DNA of 64,000 nucleotides, taken from positions 70,294-134,293 of the forward strand of contig JAAVDJ010000005.1 in assembly GCA_014801875.1 (NCBI GenBank), read 5' to 3'. Both the position numbers and the translations under genes were made by a program. The stretch is from Bacteroides sp. (GTDB lineage Bacteria > Bacteroidota > Bacteroidia > Bacteroidales > Muribaculaceae). Of the stretch, positions 30,770 to 41,170 are shown one piece after another. Each line of letters opens with the position of its first letter. Position 1 is the stretch's first letter. The notes under the pieces were generated by a model. It made no database searches and had not been told where the DNA came from. It was given only the letters and a program-made list of their open reading frames with translations.

Positions 30770-31972
30770 TTAATCCTCTTCTCGTTGTTTATTGATTATA
30801 TCTTCCTCTATCTCTTTTATTAGAATCTGAAGTTCCTTGGATGTCTCCTCCCCTATCCCTAAACTTTTGAAAAGCGTCATTGCCACATCGGTAGGTCTAA
30901 GATCCATGAAATCATCCAATCGTAAGTCAAATCTTTCTGAAAAACTATTTTCTTTATTTGGTCTTAAATATTTTATGGTGCAATAAAGACACTTCTTATC
31001 GGTCACTGCTGCTATGGCCTGTTCTTCGCAGTCAGCCGGCAAATCGTCTTCCTGCTCAACATTAAGTCGGATGAAACATTCTTTTTCTGACGGAAATTTC
31101 TTTAACATTTTTATCGCATTTCCGAAAGAAACAGGTTGGGTCGGAAATGTTATTAACGGACGTGAGGGTTCTATGTTTACAGTTCTTATTACAGGTTTTA
31201 TGCCTTTCTCTATTTCTACTATGGAAACAGAGTGAGTAAATTCCTCGTCAAAACTAATAGCTATCGGTGAGCCGGAATACCTTATACGGCCAAATGAATC
31301 CACAGTCTGCGGTTTATGAATATGACCTAAGGCAACATAATCAAACATTTTATCGAATATACTATCATTGACGGAGTTTATATTACCAATACTTGGTTGC
31401 TTATGCCCTTCCGTATCACTTCCGTTAACAGTAATGTGTGCCATCAATACAATGGGAAGATTAGCATGATTTTCGTTTGAGACTTCTTTTGCTATTTGAG
31501 AAAAGAAATTTTCTTCCGGGATATTTTCCTCGGACCCAATGCTCATGTAAGCTCTATTGACGAATGGTATGGCAACTATCACACCTTTTCCTTTCACTTC
31601 AATCAAATTATTTTTAAAGGAATAGTCGCGCCCATTCTTTTCTATTTTCCCGATGACATCAATATCCAATTCTTTCCAAACTTCCCTATACACTTCTACT
31701 TTGGAAGCACTGTCATGATTGCCCGCTGTGATAATTATAGCCATCAAGGGGAATTCATGTCGCAGCTCGAGAATGAAGTCGTTAAAAATTGACACTATGT
31801 TTGTCGGAGGATTTGATACATCATATATATCCCCACTCACCAAAAGGGCATCTGGAATTTCTTCCTTAATTATTGCCCTCAATTGGTTTAGAAAATCAAT
31901 GTGATCCTTTTTCCGGTCATAGCCATATAGATTATGTCCAAGGTGCCAATCAGAAGTATGTAGAATCTTCAT
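30770..31972 (-). CDS. sbcD: SbcD/Mre11 nuclease
   Basis: HTSDWHLG, SGDIYD, AGNHDS, ALGHIH and RYSGSP motifs. Confidence 0.95.
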   Translation of the reverse strand: MKILHTSDWHLGHNLYGYDRKKDHIDFLNQLRAIIKEEIPDALLVSGDIYDVSNPPTNIVSIFNDFILELRHEFPLMAIIITAGNHDSASKVEVYREVWKELDIDVIGKIEKNGRDYSFKNNLIEVKGKGVIVAIPFVNRAYMSIGSEENIPEENFFSQIAKEVSNENHANLPIVLMAHITVNGSDTEGHKQPSIGNINSVNDSIFDKMFDYVALGHIHKPQTVDSFGRIRYSGSPIAISFDEEFTHSVSIVEIEKGIKPVIRTVNIEPSRPLITFPTQPVSFGNAIKMLKKFPSEKECFIRLNVEQEDDLPADCEEQAIAAVTDKKCLYCTIKYLRPNKENSFSERFDLRLDDFMDLRPTDVAMTLFKSLGIGEETSKELQILIKEIEEDIINKQREED

Positions 31973-32011
31973 CACAGTCGGTTTTAGACTTAATTAAGAC
32001 GAGTTAAAGTC

Positions 32012-32019
32012 CAAATTTA
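32012..32019 (-). promoter_or_regulatory. -7 promoter element (TAAATTTG) for sbcDC
   Basis: TAnnTTTG on the minus strand, about 40 nt upstream of sbcD. Confidence 0.55.
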
Positions 32020-32165
32020 GTAAATATATAAAAAATAGCAAAAGAATTTAATCAAATTTAAATAAGAATTTGTTAAAAGATTAGTGACACTTTAATGAAA
32101 TCTATTCATTAAATAGATTCCTTTTTATGTTATTCCATTTTGCTCATTAATAAAAATCAACAGTT

Positions 32166-32969
32166 ATGGCTTTTGAAAATTCAAAATTCTACACTTTTTT
32201 CAAGACAAGAGGATTGTATATGTTCCTCCATATATTGATTCTTATTCTGTCTATTTTTCTTGTAGTATGTATCTCAATCGACTCTTTTCATAATGAAGCG
32301 TTCTATAATGAACCTCAGTTTATGAAAGTACAGTTCTGGATATGTGTAATTTTTCTCGCCGACTTTTTTATAGAGTTCTTTCTTTCCGATAATAAGTCTC
32401 ACTATCTCCTAACACACTTCCTGTTCTTTTTTGTATCGATACCATACAATTCTATTATCTCTCACTATGGCTGGACTTTTGATCCCCAGCTCACATATTG
32501 TCTCAGATACATACCCCTCATTCGTGGAGGGTACGCGATGTCTATAGTGGTAAGCTGGTTTACCTATAATAAGGCCACTGGTCTTTTTATCTCTTATTTA
32601 GCGACTCTTCTTTTTACTATATATTTTGCTTCATTAGCATTCTTCCTGTTCGAGCACGGAGTGAATCCTCTTGTGGTGAATTATGATGATGCTCTATGGT
32701 GGGCATTTATGGATGCAACAACAGTAGGATGTAACATTACCGCTGTCACAACCGTCGGACGTATTCTCTCCGTATTGTTGGCTGCTTTAGGAATGATGAT
32801 GTTCCCTATTTTTACAGTATATGTGACCAATATATTGACTAAACACCATCAGATGGGTCAGAAATACGGTGATATGAATTTCACCACTCCTTTGATTGGC
32901 GATACTGACAAAAACAAAGATGTCAATCAGAATACACCAAATGAATCTGAATCCTCTTCTACCAATTGA
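32166..32969 (+). CDS. Potassium-channel-fold protein with a non-canonical filter (TTVGCN)
   Basis: Several TM helices, an S4-like LRYIPLIR, pore helix DALWWAFMDATTVGCNI and inner helix GRILSVLLAALG. Confidence 0.85.
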   Translation: MAFENSKFYTFFKTRGLYMFLHILILILSIFLVVCISIDSFHNEAFYNEPQFMKVQFWICVIFLADFFIEFFLSDNKSHYLLTHFLFFFVSIPYNSIISHYGWTFDPQLTYCLRYIPLIRGGYAMSIVVSWFTYNKATGLFISYLATLLFTIYFASLAFFLFEHGVNPLVVNYDDALWWAFMDATTVGCNITAVTTVGRILSVLLAALGMMMFPIFTVYVTNILTKHHQMGQKYGDMNFTTPLIGDTDKNKDVNQNTPNESESSSTN

Positions 32970-32989
32970 TTAATTAAAAACACTAAGTT

Positions 32990-33955
32990 ATGTTTGATAA
33001 AGTTTATATTTCAAGTTCGATTAAGGAATTTCCTCGCACTGTAGCGAGAGGAATAGGCCAGGTAATGTTCCAAGACAACATGTGGACCGGTATTTTGTTT
33101 CTTATCGGAATATTCTGGGGTGCTTATATGGAGGGTTCTCCTCTTGTCGCATGGGGGGCTTTGGTTGGAGTCCTTGTCTCGACCTTAGCCGGTTATATTT
33201 TGCGACTCCCCGATCAAAACGGTGCGCAAGGTCTTTGGGGATTCAACGGAGTATTGGTTGGTTGCGCTTTTCCAACTTTTTTAGGGAATACTCTTTGGAT
33301 GTGGATAGGCCTTGTGATATGTTCTGCCCTCACGACAGTTGCAAGATCTGGCATGGATAATTTTTTCAGCAGATGGAAGCTTTCTTCCTTTACATTCCCA
33401 TTTGTTTTTTGCACATGGATTTTCCTTCTTTCGGCCAGACTATTTAATGGTTTTCCTCCCGTCTTCATGGGTTCTCCGGAATTTCCACATGGAGCTGAGG
33501 GTGTTATCCCAATGGGATTTGGCGATTTGGTTGTTTATTGGCTTCGTGGTCTGTCTCAAGTTTTCCTTATTAAATCATGGGTATGTGGTATTTTCTTTTT
33601 AGCTGGACTTGCCGTCAGCAGCTGGAGAGCCGCGCTGTGGGCTGCAATTGGATCTGCAGTATCTCTTCTCATAGCCTTTGTTTGGGATGGGCCGGCTGTA
33701 GACATTGCTAATGGTCTTTATGGATTCTCAGCCGTTTTGACTGCTATTGCACTTGGTGCAACATTCTGTAATTTCTCTTGGAGAAGTGCTATCTGGGCTA
33801 TATTAGGAACCATCGTGACTGTCTTTATCCAAGCAGCTATGAATGCGTTCTTTGCCCCTATGGGCCTCCCTACATTGACCGGACCCTTCTGTATCGGCAC
33901 ATGGTTATTTCTTCTTCCGGCTTATAAATTTTTCCAACCTGATGAAAAGAATTGA
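32990..33955 (+). CDS. Urea transporter (UT/Yut family)
   Basis: Duplicated UT signatures RGIGQVMFQ/RGLSQVFL, GLWGFNGVLVG/GLYGFSAVL and FTFPF/LTGPF. Confidence 0.92.
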   Translation: MFDKVYISSSIKEFPRTVARGIGQVMFQDNMWTGILFLIGIFWGAYMEGSPLVAWGALVGVLVSTLAGYILRLPDQNGAQGLWGFNGVLVGCAFPTFLGNTLWMWIGLVICSALTTVARSGMDNFFSRWKLSSFTFPFVFCTWIFLLSARLFNGFPPVFMGSPEFPHGAEGVIPMGFGDLVVYWLRGLSQVFLIKSWVCGIFFLAGLAVSSWRAALWAAIGSAVSLLIAFVWDGPAVDIANGLYGFSAVLTAIALGATFCNFSWRSAIWAILGTIVTVFIQAAMNAFFAPMGLPTLTGPFCIGTWLFLLPAYKFFQPDEKN

Positions 33956-33966
33956 TAACTAATATT

Positions 33967-35319
33967 ATGGCTTATACAATAAAAAACGCTCCTTTAAGCT
34001 GGAGACATATCAGAATCGTAGCTGTTGCATCTCTCGGACAGTTAATTGGTACCGGGTTAGCAACCTTAGTCTCAGTAATTATCCCTCTTTATCAATTAAT
34101 ATCTCATCCGGAACTATCTTCCGGAATGCAAGGATTAGTTGGTGCAATGGATTTGGTGGGCATTATGATTGGATCTGCTATTCTCGGTAAACTTTCAGAT
34201 AAAATCGGATACCTTGCATTGTTCCGACTTTGTCCGTTTCTGATTTTGGTTTCCTCAGTCATTGCTTTGGTTATTCCAAATATCTACATCCTGCTGGTCT
34301 GTCTCTTCTTCATGGGCTTTGGAATTGGGGGAGAATACAGTCTTGATTCAGATTACATATCGGAATTGATGCCCGAAAAATGGAAGTTCACTATGGTTGG
34401 CGCTGCAAAAGCAGCAAGTGCTTTAGGAAATATAATTGTGGCTCTCGTGTGCTTTTTGATTGTTAAAGACTGGACAGATGCTAACGAGTGGCCAAAGCTT
34501 CTATGGATAATGATTGCTATTTCAGGTTTGATGATCCTTTGTAGAATACGTTTCTGGCAAAGTCCAACCTGGCTTGCAGCTCAAGGAAGGATCAAAGAGG
34601 CTGAAGACGTGACACATGATTTCTTGGGTAATCAAGTCAATATCGTTGTTGACCAAACGTCAGCTCCTGATACGGCGAAGGTGAATGAAAAAGATGGGTT
34701 CTTGGCATTTATGAAGAAGCAGTGGAAGAATGTAATCTTTACCGGCGTACCATGGGCGTGCGAAGGGCTCGGTGTTTATGGTATAGGTGTCTTTCTGCCT
34801 ATATTAGTAATGGCGCTTGGGCTTGAACATGCAGCTTCTGGAGAATCCGCTATCGTTCATGTGGCAAGCTCTGTCGAAATAACATTATGGATTTCATGTA
34901 TCATACTCCCAGGCTTTATCATAGGTCTATTCTTGATTCCCCGGATGAATGGAGCAAAACAGCAGACAATTGGATTTCTCATGAGTGCTCTGTCTCTCCT
35001 TATCCTTCTTTTCGCATATAGAAACAATTGGCCACATTGGATTTCTATTGGAGCATTTATGGCATTCGAACTTTTCTTGAATATTGGTCCTCACCTAATG
35101 ACTTATGTGCTCCCATCGAAGGTTTTCCCGGTTGAGGTCAGAGGTCAAGGTTCCGGCATTGCTGCTTCAATAGGTAAGCTGGGCGCTGTTCTTGGGGTTT
35201 TCTTTATCCCTATTTTGCTAAAAAGCGGCGGATCATCTTTAGTCCTTATTGTGTCTATAATTGTGATGCTGATTGGAGCCCTTGTCACATATGTTTTCGC
35301 ACCAGATCACAAACTCTGA
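33967..35319 (+). CDS. MFS transporter (sugar-porter-like)
   Basis: GKLSDKIG, GFGIGGEY, YISELMPE and FPVEVRGQGSG motifs; about 12 TM helices. Confidence 0.88.
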   Translation: MAYTIKNAPLSWRHIRIVAVASLGQLIGTGLATLVSVIIPLYQLISHPELSSGMQGLVGAMDLVGIMIGSAILGKLSDKIGYLALFRLCPFLILVSSVIALVIPNIYILLVCLFFMGFGIGGEYSLDSDYISELMPEKWKFTMVGAAKAASALGNIIVALVCFLIVKDWTDANEWPKLLWIMIAISGLMILCRIRFWQSPTWLAAQGRIKEAEDVTHDFLGNQVNIVVDQTSAPDTAKVNEKDGFLAFMKKQWKNVIFTGVPWACEGLGVYGIGVFLPILVMALGLEHAASGESAIVHVASSVEITLWISCIILPGFIIGLFLIPRMNGAKQQTIGFLMSALSLLILLFAYRNNWPHWISIGAFMAFELFLNIGPHLMTYVLPSKVFPVEVRGQGSGIAASIGKLGAVLGVFFIPILLKSGGSSLVLIVSIIVMLIGALVTYVFAPDHKL

Positions 35320-35339
35320 TTTCCCAAAAAGATAATTAA

Positions 35340-35389
35340 AAAATAGGAAACCGGTTGCCCAATCTTACTGGCAACCGGTTTCCTATTTT
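35340..35389. terminator. Bidirectional terminator with a perfect 20-bp stem
   Basis: AAAATAGGAAACCGGTTGCC-N10-GGCAACCGGTTTCCTATTTT between the convergent MFS and lpdA genes. Confidence 0.88.
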
Positions 35390-35399
35390 GTTATAAAAA

Positions 35400-36755
35400 T
35401 TAAAGCTTTAAACCATGAACTGCAGATAATATTACCTCACTAACTGTCGGATGTCCGAAAATTATATCGGATATAGATTCCCATGTGTTTCCAGCATTCA
35501 TGAGATCAGCACATTGCTGCGCAAGATCAGCAGCTTCAACACCCATTATATGGGCTCCGATGAGTTTATGCGACATTTTGTCAAAGATAAGTTTGCATAG
35601 TCCATCGGGTTCTCCTAAGGCTAAGGCCTTGCCATTTGCCCTGAAAAAGCTCTGCCCTATCGCAATGTCAATACCTTCAGATTTGCATTGTTCCTCCGTC
35701 TTGCCGACCATTCCACATTCAGGCACAGTAAAAACAGCAGAAGGAACAATATCAAAATTGATATTATCTGCCTTACCCTCTATTGCGTTCAAAGCACGCA
35801 AGCCCTGGAAAGAAGCAACGTGAGCCAGCATCATCCTCGCATTAACATCTCCTATGGCATAGATACCATCTACAGAGGTTTTCATATTGTCATCGACCTT
35901 GATACCTCTGGGAGAAAATTCTATCGAAGTGTTCTCAAGCCCGAGATTATCTACTCTCGGAGCACGCCCGACTGCCATAAGTATATGGGTTGACACAACA
36001 CTGTCTTCTTTACCTTTGGTCTCAAAGACAAGCTCAACTTCGTCGCCTTTTTCACGTATCTCTTTTGCGGATGTCCCCGTAAGGATTTTTATTCCTTTCT
36101 TAGATAACGACTGTTTAAGGCGTTTGGCGATATCCGAATCAAATGGAGGAAGAATTTGCTTCATGAATTCGACAACGGTCACTTTACTTCCAAGCTGATT
36201 GAAAATGGATGCAAACTCCATGCCTATTACACCACCTCCAATAATAGTAAGTGACTCCGGGATAAAATCTATCTTCAATAATTCTGAAGAATCCAAAACT
36301 CGTTCTAAATCTTTTCCCGGTATAGGGAGTGATTTTGAAACACTTCCGGTTGCGATGATTATCCGCTCGGCAGTAAACTCTTCCCCATCTGCCACAATGG
36401 TGGTATTATTCTTAAAAGAAGCTTTTGCATTGATGACCTTCACCTTTGCCTGCTTCAATAGGGTCTCAACCCCATTCCGAAGATTTTCCACAACACCCTC
36501 TTTCCTTTCCATTATTTTGGAAAAGTCAAGCGTAAAAGTGAAATCATCTATTCCGAATTCTTCACCATTTTTAAACTGCGACACAACTTCAGCGTTCTTG
36601 CAAAGACACTTGGTTGGGATACAGCCTTCGTTAAGACAAGTGCCTCCCAACCGATCTCCATTGAAAAGGGTTACGCTTTTCCCACGATGGGCTGCTGCAA
36701 GCGCAGTCTCATATCCACCCGGGCCGGCACCTATTATAATAAGGTCGCTTTTCAT
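35400..36755 (-). CDS. lpdA: Dihydrolipoamide dehydrogenase (glycine cleavage L protein)
   Basis: GAGPGGY, GGTCLNEGCIPTK, GGGVIG and HPTVSE motifs. Confidence 0.96.
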   Translation of the reverse strand: MKSDLIIIGAGPGGYETALAAAHRGKSVTLFNGDRLGGTCLNEGCIPTKCLCKNAEVVSQFKNGEEFGIDDFTFTLDFSKIMERKEGVVENLRNGVETLLKQAKVKVINAKASFKNNTTIVADGEEFTAERIIIATGSVSKSLPIPGKDLERVLDSSELLKIDFIPESLTIIGGGVIGMEFASIFNQLGSKVTVVEFMKQILPPFDSDIAKRLKQSLSKKGIKILTGTSAKEIREKGDEVELVFETKGKEDSVVSTHILMAVGRAPRVDNLGLENTSIEFSPRGIKVDDNMKTSVDGIYAIGDVNARMMLAHVASFQGLRALNAIEGKADNINFDIVPSAVFTVPECGMVGKTEEQCKSEGIDIAIGQSFFRANGKALALGEPDGLCKLIFDKMSHKLIGAHIMGVEAADLAQQCADLMNAGNTWESISDIIFGHPTVSEVILSAVHGLKL

Positions 36756-38221
36756 TTCGAAGTCTCCTTTAAGGCCTTGTAGCTAAGAATGGGATTCTTT
36801 GCAGCAGTGGTCTCGTCAAGTTTTCTTACTATAGTAGTAAGGGGTGCGTTCTTAACATCATCTGGTGTTTCTCTGGCCTCCTTAGCAACCTTTTTCATAA
36901 CCTCGATAAACTCGTCAAGAGTCTCCTTGCTTTCTGTCTCTGTCGGCTCAATCATCATTGATTCATGGAACAACAGAGGGAAATATATAGTTGGAGCATG
37001 GAAGCCATAGTCAAGGAGACGTTTTGCTACATTGAGTGTGGTGACCCCTGTAGATTTGTCTTTAAGACCATCAAACACAAATTCATGTTTGCATACGCCT
37101 TCAATCGGGAGCAGATAGTCATCCTTAAGGCTCTCCTTAATATAATTAGCGTTCAAGGTAGCCAAAGGTCCAACATTCTTGATATTCTCTTTCCCAAGAG
37201 TCAGGATATAAGCATACGCTCTCATCATAACTCCAAAGTTTCCAAGGAAGGTTGATACACTTCCAAGACTTGCCTCATTACCTGTGATGGAGAAGCTGCC
37301 ATCATCATTTTTCTTGACTCTCGGATTGGGGAGGAATTCAACCAAATGCTCGGCTACACCCACAGGTCCTGAACCGGGACCTCCTCCCCCATGAGGAGTA
37401 GAAAATGTTTTATGAAGATTGATATGCATGATGTCGAATCCCATATCGCCCGGACGAACCTTTCCAAGCAACGGGTTCAAGTTTGCTCCATCGTAGTAAA
37501 GAAGTCCGCCGGCATCATGCACAAGTTTAGCAATTTCAAGAATTTCTGTCTCAAACATTCCCAAAGTATTGGGATTGGTCATCATGATTCCTGCAACTGT
37601 GTCATCTAGCAACGGACGGAGATCCTCTACATCTATCGATCCATTGGGTTTTGATTTCACTTCAACTACCTCAAGACCCGCCACCATTGCTGAAGCAGGG
37701 TTTGTGCCATGTGCGGAATTTGGGACAATCACTTTTGTGCGCTTATTGTCTCCTCTTGAAAGATGATACTGACGCATAACCATCAAGCCTGTGAGCTCAC
37801 CATGAGCTCCGGCGTAAGGATTCAATGTGAATTCAGCGAGCCCGGCTATGTTCGATAGCATTCTCTGAAGATTCCAGTAAAGTTCCAATGCTCCCTGTAC
37901 ACTCTTTTCGGATTGAAGGGGGTGCAGAGATGTGAACGCTGTTAAATTGGAAAGCTCCTCATTAATCTTTGGGTTATACTTCATTGTGCAGCTACCAAGG
38001 GGATAGAAACCGGTATCAACACCGAAGTTCTTATTTGAAAGATTGGTGTAATGACGCACAACTTCAAGTTCGCTTACTTCCGGGAGTTCCGGCTCTGACT
38101 TTCTCAAGAGATCGGTGGGGATAGTTGCCATACCATCTGTGGCAAACTTGTCTGCCGGAAGAGAATATCCCTTTCTTCCAGGGCGTGAAAGTTCGAATAT
38201 GAGTTTATCGTATGTCTTCAT
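36752..38221 (-). CDS. gcvPB: Glycine dehydrogenase subunit 2
   Basis: YPLGSCTMKYNP, SAHGTNPASA and HINLHKTFSTPHGGGGPG motifs. Confidence 0.96.
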   Translation of the reverse strand: MKTYDKLIFELSRPGRKGYSLPADKFATDGMATIPTDLLRKSEPELPEVSELEVVRHYTNLSNKNFGVDTGFYPLGSCTMKYNPKINEELSNLTAFTSLHPLQSEKSVQGALELYWNLQRMLSNIAGLAEFTLNPYAGAHGELTGLMVMRQYHLSRGDNKRTKVIVPNSAHGTNPASAMVAGLEVVEVKSKPNGSIDVEDLRPLLDDTVAGIMMTNPNTLGMFETEILEIAKLVHDAGGLLYYDGANLNPLLGKVRPGDMGFDIMHINLHKTFSTPHGGGGPGSGPVGVAEHLVEFLPNPRVKKNDDGSFSITGNEASLGSVSTFLGNFGVMMRAYAYILTLGKENIKNVGPLATLNANYIKESLKDDYLLPIEGVCKHEFVFDGLKDKSTGVTTLNVAKRLLDYGFHAPTIYFPLLFHESMMIEPTETESKETLDEFIEVMKKVAKEARETPDDVKNAPLTTIVRKLDETTAAKNPILSYKALKETSK

Positions 38222-39546
38222 TTGTCTTCTTCCAGCATTAAATTAACCAATGTGTCGATTTCCTCTTTTGTTCTTTTTTCTGTTACAGCAAATGCAACTT
38301 TACCGTTTCCAAGAAGCAAACCTCCTTGAATTCCATTGTCGAGAAGTTTTGCATTTACTTTCTCCATATCAAGATTTGTCTCTACAACAAATTCCTTGAG
38401 GAACGGCTTATTGTATACACTCTTGAACTTACCACTTTCTATCAGTTTATTATAAAGATAGTGTGCTCCATCACAAGAAAGGATATTCACTTCTTCAAGC
38501 CCCTTCTTCCCTAATAATGATAGATAGACGGTAGCATAAAGTGCCATAAGGCTCTGGTTTGAGCAAATGTTGCTGGTGGCCTTTTCTCTTCTGATATGCT
38601 GCTCACGGGCTTGAAGGGTCAGAACAAATGCCCTCTTTCCGTCAGCATCCTTTGTAGCGCCTACTACCCTACCCGGCATTTTGCGGAGCATTGCTTTGGC
38701 ACATGATATAAAACCAAGGTAAGGACCTCCGAATGAAAGAGGCATTCCCAAGGTCTGTCCGTCACCACATGCCACATCTGCACCCCATTCACCGGGAGTA
38801 CGCAGAACAGCCAATGCCGAAGGATCTGCATAGATTGCTAACAAAGACTTTTGAGAATGCAGAATATCGGCTAATCCTGAAAAATCTTCAATTATACCAT
38901 ATTTATTTGGTGTAGGTACAATAAGACCTGCCACATCACCTTTGGCAAGTTCTGGCTCAATAGCTGAGAAATCTGTCACACCATCCTTCTCCGGAATTAT
39001 AGTCAAGTCCACTCCGTGAAACTTAACATATGTTTTAACCACTTCAACTACTTTTTCCGGAAGAGTTGCTGAGACAAGCACTCTATTCTTTTTCTTTGTA
39101 GAGGCCACCATCATGAACGCCACTTCTGCTGCCGCTGTAGCTCCATCGTACATCGAAGCATTAGTGGCTTCCATCTGGGTTAACTCAGTAATCATGCTTT
39201 GATATTCGAATATATACTGAAGTGTACCCTGGGAAATCTCCGGCTGATAAGGCGTATAGGCAGTATAGAACTCACTTCTCTGGAGAAGATGACCGATCAC
39301 AGAGGGTGAATAGTGGTCATAAGCACCGCCCCCTGAGAAAATCGTGAGGGGCGTATTCTTTTTGCCTAATTCTTCAAAATGTTTGCGAAGTTCTATTTCC
39401 GACATTGCTGACGGTATGTCATATTCCTCTTTGAAAATCACTTCAGAAGGAACATCACTGTAAAGATCATCTATCGTTTCAACACCGATTTTATCAAGCA
39501 TCACCTTGATATCTTCCTCGGTATGGGGCATATATTTGTCTGACAT
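38218..39546 (-). CDS. gcvPA: Glycine dehydrogenase subunit 1
   Basis: FYTAYTPYQPEISQG, NASMYDGATA and REQHIRREKATSNICSNQ motifs. Confidence 0.96.
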   Translation of the reverse strand: MSDKYMPHTEEDIKVMLDKIGVETIDDLYSDVPSEVIFKEEYDIPSAMSEIELRKHFEELGKKNTPLTIFSGGGAYDHYSPSVIGHLLQRSEFYTAYTPYQPEISQGTLQYIFEYQSMITELTQMEATNASMYDGATAAAEVAFMMVASTKKKNRVLVSATLPEKVVEVVKTYVKFHGVDLTIIPEKDGVTDFSAIEPELAKGDVAGLIVPTPNKYGIIEDFSGLADILHSQKSLLAIYADPSALAVLRTPGEWGADVACGDGQTLGMPLSFGGPYLGFISCAKAMLRKMPGRVVGATKDADGKRAFVLTLQAREQHIRREKATSNICSNQSLMALYATVYLSLLGKKGLEEVNILSCDGAHYLYNKLIESGKFKSVYNKPFLKEFVVETNLDMEKVNAKLLDNGIQGGLLLGNGKVAFAVTEKRTKEEIDTLVNLMLEEDK

Positions 39547-39656
39547 TGCTAATATATGTTAGGTTGCAGATTTACTTTAGCGAGATTATTCTTTTTGAAA
39601 AGTCAAACCCCGGAAGATCTCTTAGGGTTCTCCCGGGGGATGTCATTTCTTTTAGA

Positions 39657-40037
39657 TTATTCCTCACAGATTTTTGCGTATGCGGCAGCATCAAGGAGAT
39701 TCTCAACTTCCGAGGGATCTGAAACCTTCACTTTCATGATCCAGTTGGAGAAAGCGTCCTCATTGACGAGTTCCGGAGTATCTTCGAGAGCCTCATTGAT
39801 TTCAACCACTTCACCGGAAACAGGTGAGATAAGGTCGCTTGCTGCTTTTACTGATTCAACAGCTCCGAAATCTTCACCCTGTGTCACTTCGTCACCGACT
39901 TCGGGCATATCAACATAGACAATGTTTCCTAAGGCATGCTGTGCATAATCAGTGATGCCGACAGTTGCTATGTCGCCTTCCAGTTTTACCCACTCGTGTG
40001 AATCCGCATAGCGGAGGTCTTCTAATATTTTGCTCAT
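39657..40037 (-). CDS. gcvH: Glycine cleavage H protein
   Basis: HEWV, GITDYAQ and lipoyl-Lys motif VESVKAASD. Confidence 0.97.
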   Translation of the reverse strand: MSKILEDLRYADSHEWVKLEGDIATVGITDYAQHALGNIVYVDMPEVGDEVTQGEDFGAVESVKAASDLISPVSGEVVEINEALEDTPELVNEDAFSNWIMKVKVSDPSEVENLLDAAAYAKICEE

Positions 40038-40075
40038 GATTTGCTTATTTAGATTTATCCTGTTGGGATTGTTAA

Positions 40076-41170
40076 TTATTTTTTGTAGCTCTTGTCGTAG
40101 AAACGTTTCTTTACTACGGTTGCCGGGAACACTTTCTTTCTGATTCTTACATCAACTTTTGTCCCAAGCTTGTCATACGGTTTATCTATCATAGCCATTG
40201 CAACGCTTTTTCCGGTCGAGATAGAGCGATAACCGGTCGTAATTTCTCCGACCTTCTCACCGTTTACTTCCACTGGATAACCATGGCGTGGAATAGCATT
40301 TCCTTCAAGCTCCAGACCTACTATTCTTCTCTTAACGCCGTTAGCTTTCTGCTCAGCCAATGCCTCTTTACCGATAAACTCAGGTTTGTCGAGTTTGACA
40401 AACATACTTAAACTTGCCTCTATCGGCGTAATGTCGGCAGACAGTTCATCTCCATACAATGGCAGCCCTACTTCGAAACGAAGAGTATCCCGACAACCAA
40501 GGCCACATGGTTGAACCCCGGCCTCCATAAGCTTATCCCATAGTCTTTGTATGAATGAATGGCTTCCATAGACTTCGAAGCCATCTTCTCCGGTATAACC
40601 GGTTCGACTTACGATAATAGTTTCTCCCTCTGTTTCGAAAGTCTTGAAGTTATAAAAGGGTATGTTTTCAATGTTGAGGGCTAAGACATCCTGAAGAACC
40701 GTTTCTGCTTTCGGACCCTGAACAGCCACTTCACCGTAATAGTCGCTTTCGTTCTCGACCTTTACATCATAACCTTCTGCATGACTCTTTATCCATTCTA
40801 CATCCTTATCAATGTTAGAAGCATTTATGACAAGAAAATATTCCTCATCGTTTACTTTATAAACGAGAAGATCGTCGACTGTGCCACCATTGTCATAGCA
40901 CATCATACCGTAGAATATCTGTCCGTCAGGAGCACCTGTTACATCGTTAGTAAAGATATTATTGACGAACTTGTATGCTTCCTTACCTTTTACACGCACT
41001 TCTCCCATGTGGCTTACGTCAAATACACCGACATTCTGACGAACGGCATTATGCTCTTCAGTTATGCCTGCATATTGTATGGGCATATCAAAACCACCGA
41101 AGGGCGACATAAGTGCTCCGAGTTTCACATGGCGGTCGTGAAGACAGGTTTTAATAAGTTTTTCTTCCAT
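40076..41170 (-). CDS. gcvT: Glycine cleavage T protein (aminomethyltransferase)
   Basis: [19 protein letters not shown] and [11 protein letters not shown] motifs. Confidence 0.97.
   Translation of the reverse strand: MEEKLIKTCLHDRHVKLGALMSPFGGFDMPIQYAGITEEHNAVRQNVGVFDVSHMGEVRVKGKEAYKFVNNIFTNDVTGAPDGQIFYGMMCYDNGGTVDDLLVYKVNDEEYFLVINASNIDKDVEWIKSHAEGYDVKVENESDYYGEVAVQGPKAETVLQDVLALNIENIPFYNFKTFETEGETIIVSRTGYTGEDGFEVYGSHSFIQRLWDKLMEAGVQPCGLGCRDTLRFEVGLPLYGDELSADITPIEASLSMFVKLDKPEFIGKEALAEQKANGVKRRIVGLELEGNAIPRHGYPVEVNGEKVGEITTGYRSISTGKSVAMAMIDKPYDKLGTKVDVRIRKKVFPATVVKKRFYDKSYKK

Noticed and set aside
27961-31972. SMC-like ATPase plus nuclease as a possible defence system
   Set aside because: Canonical SbcCD motifs (zinc hook, Mre11 phosphoesterase) in a housekeeping context with no accessory defence genes.
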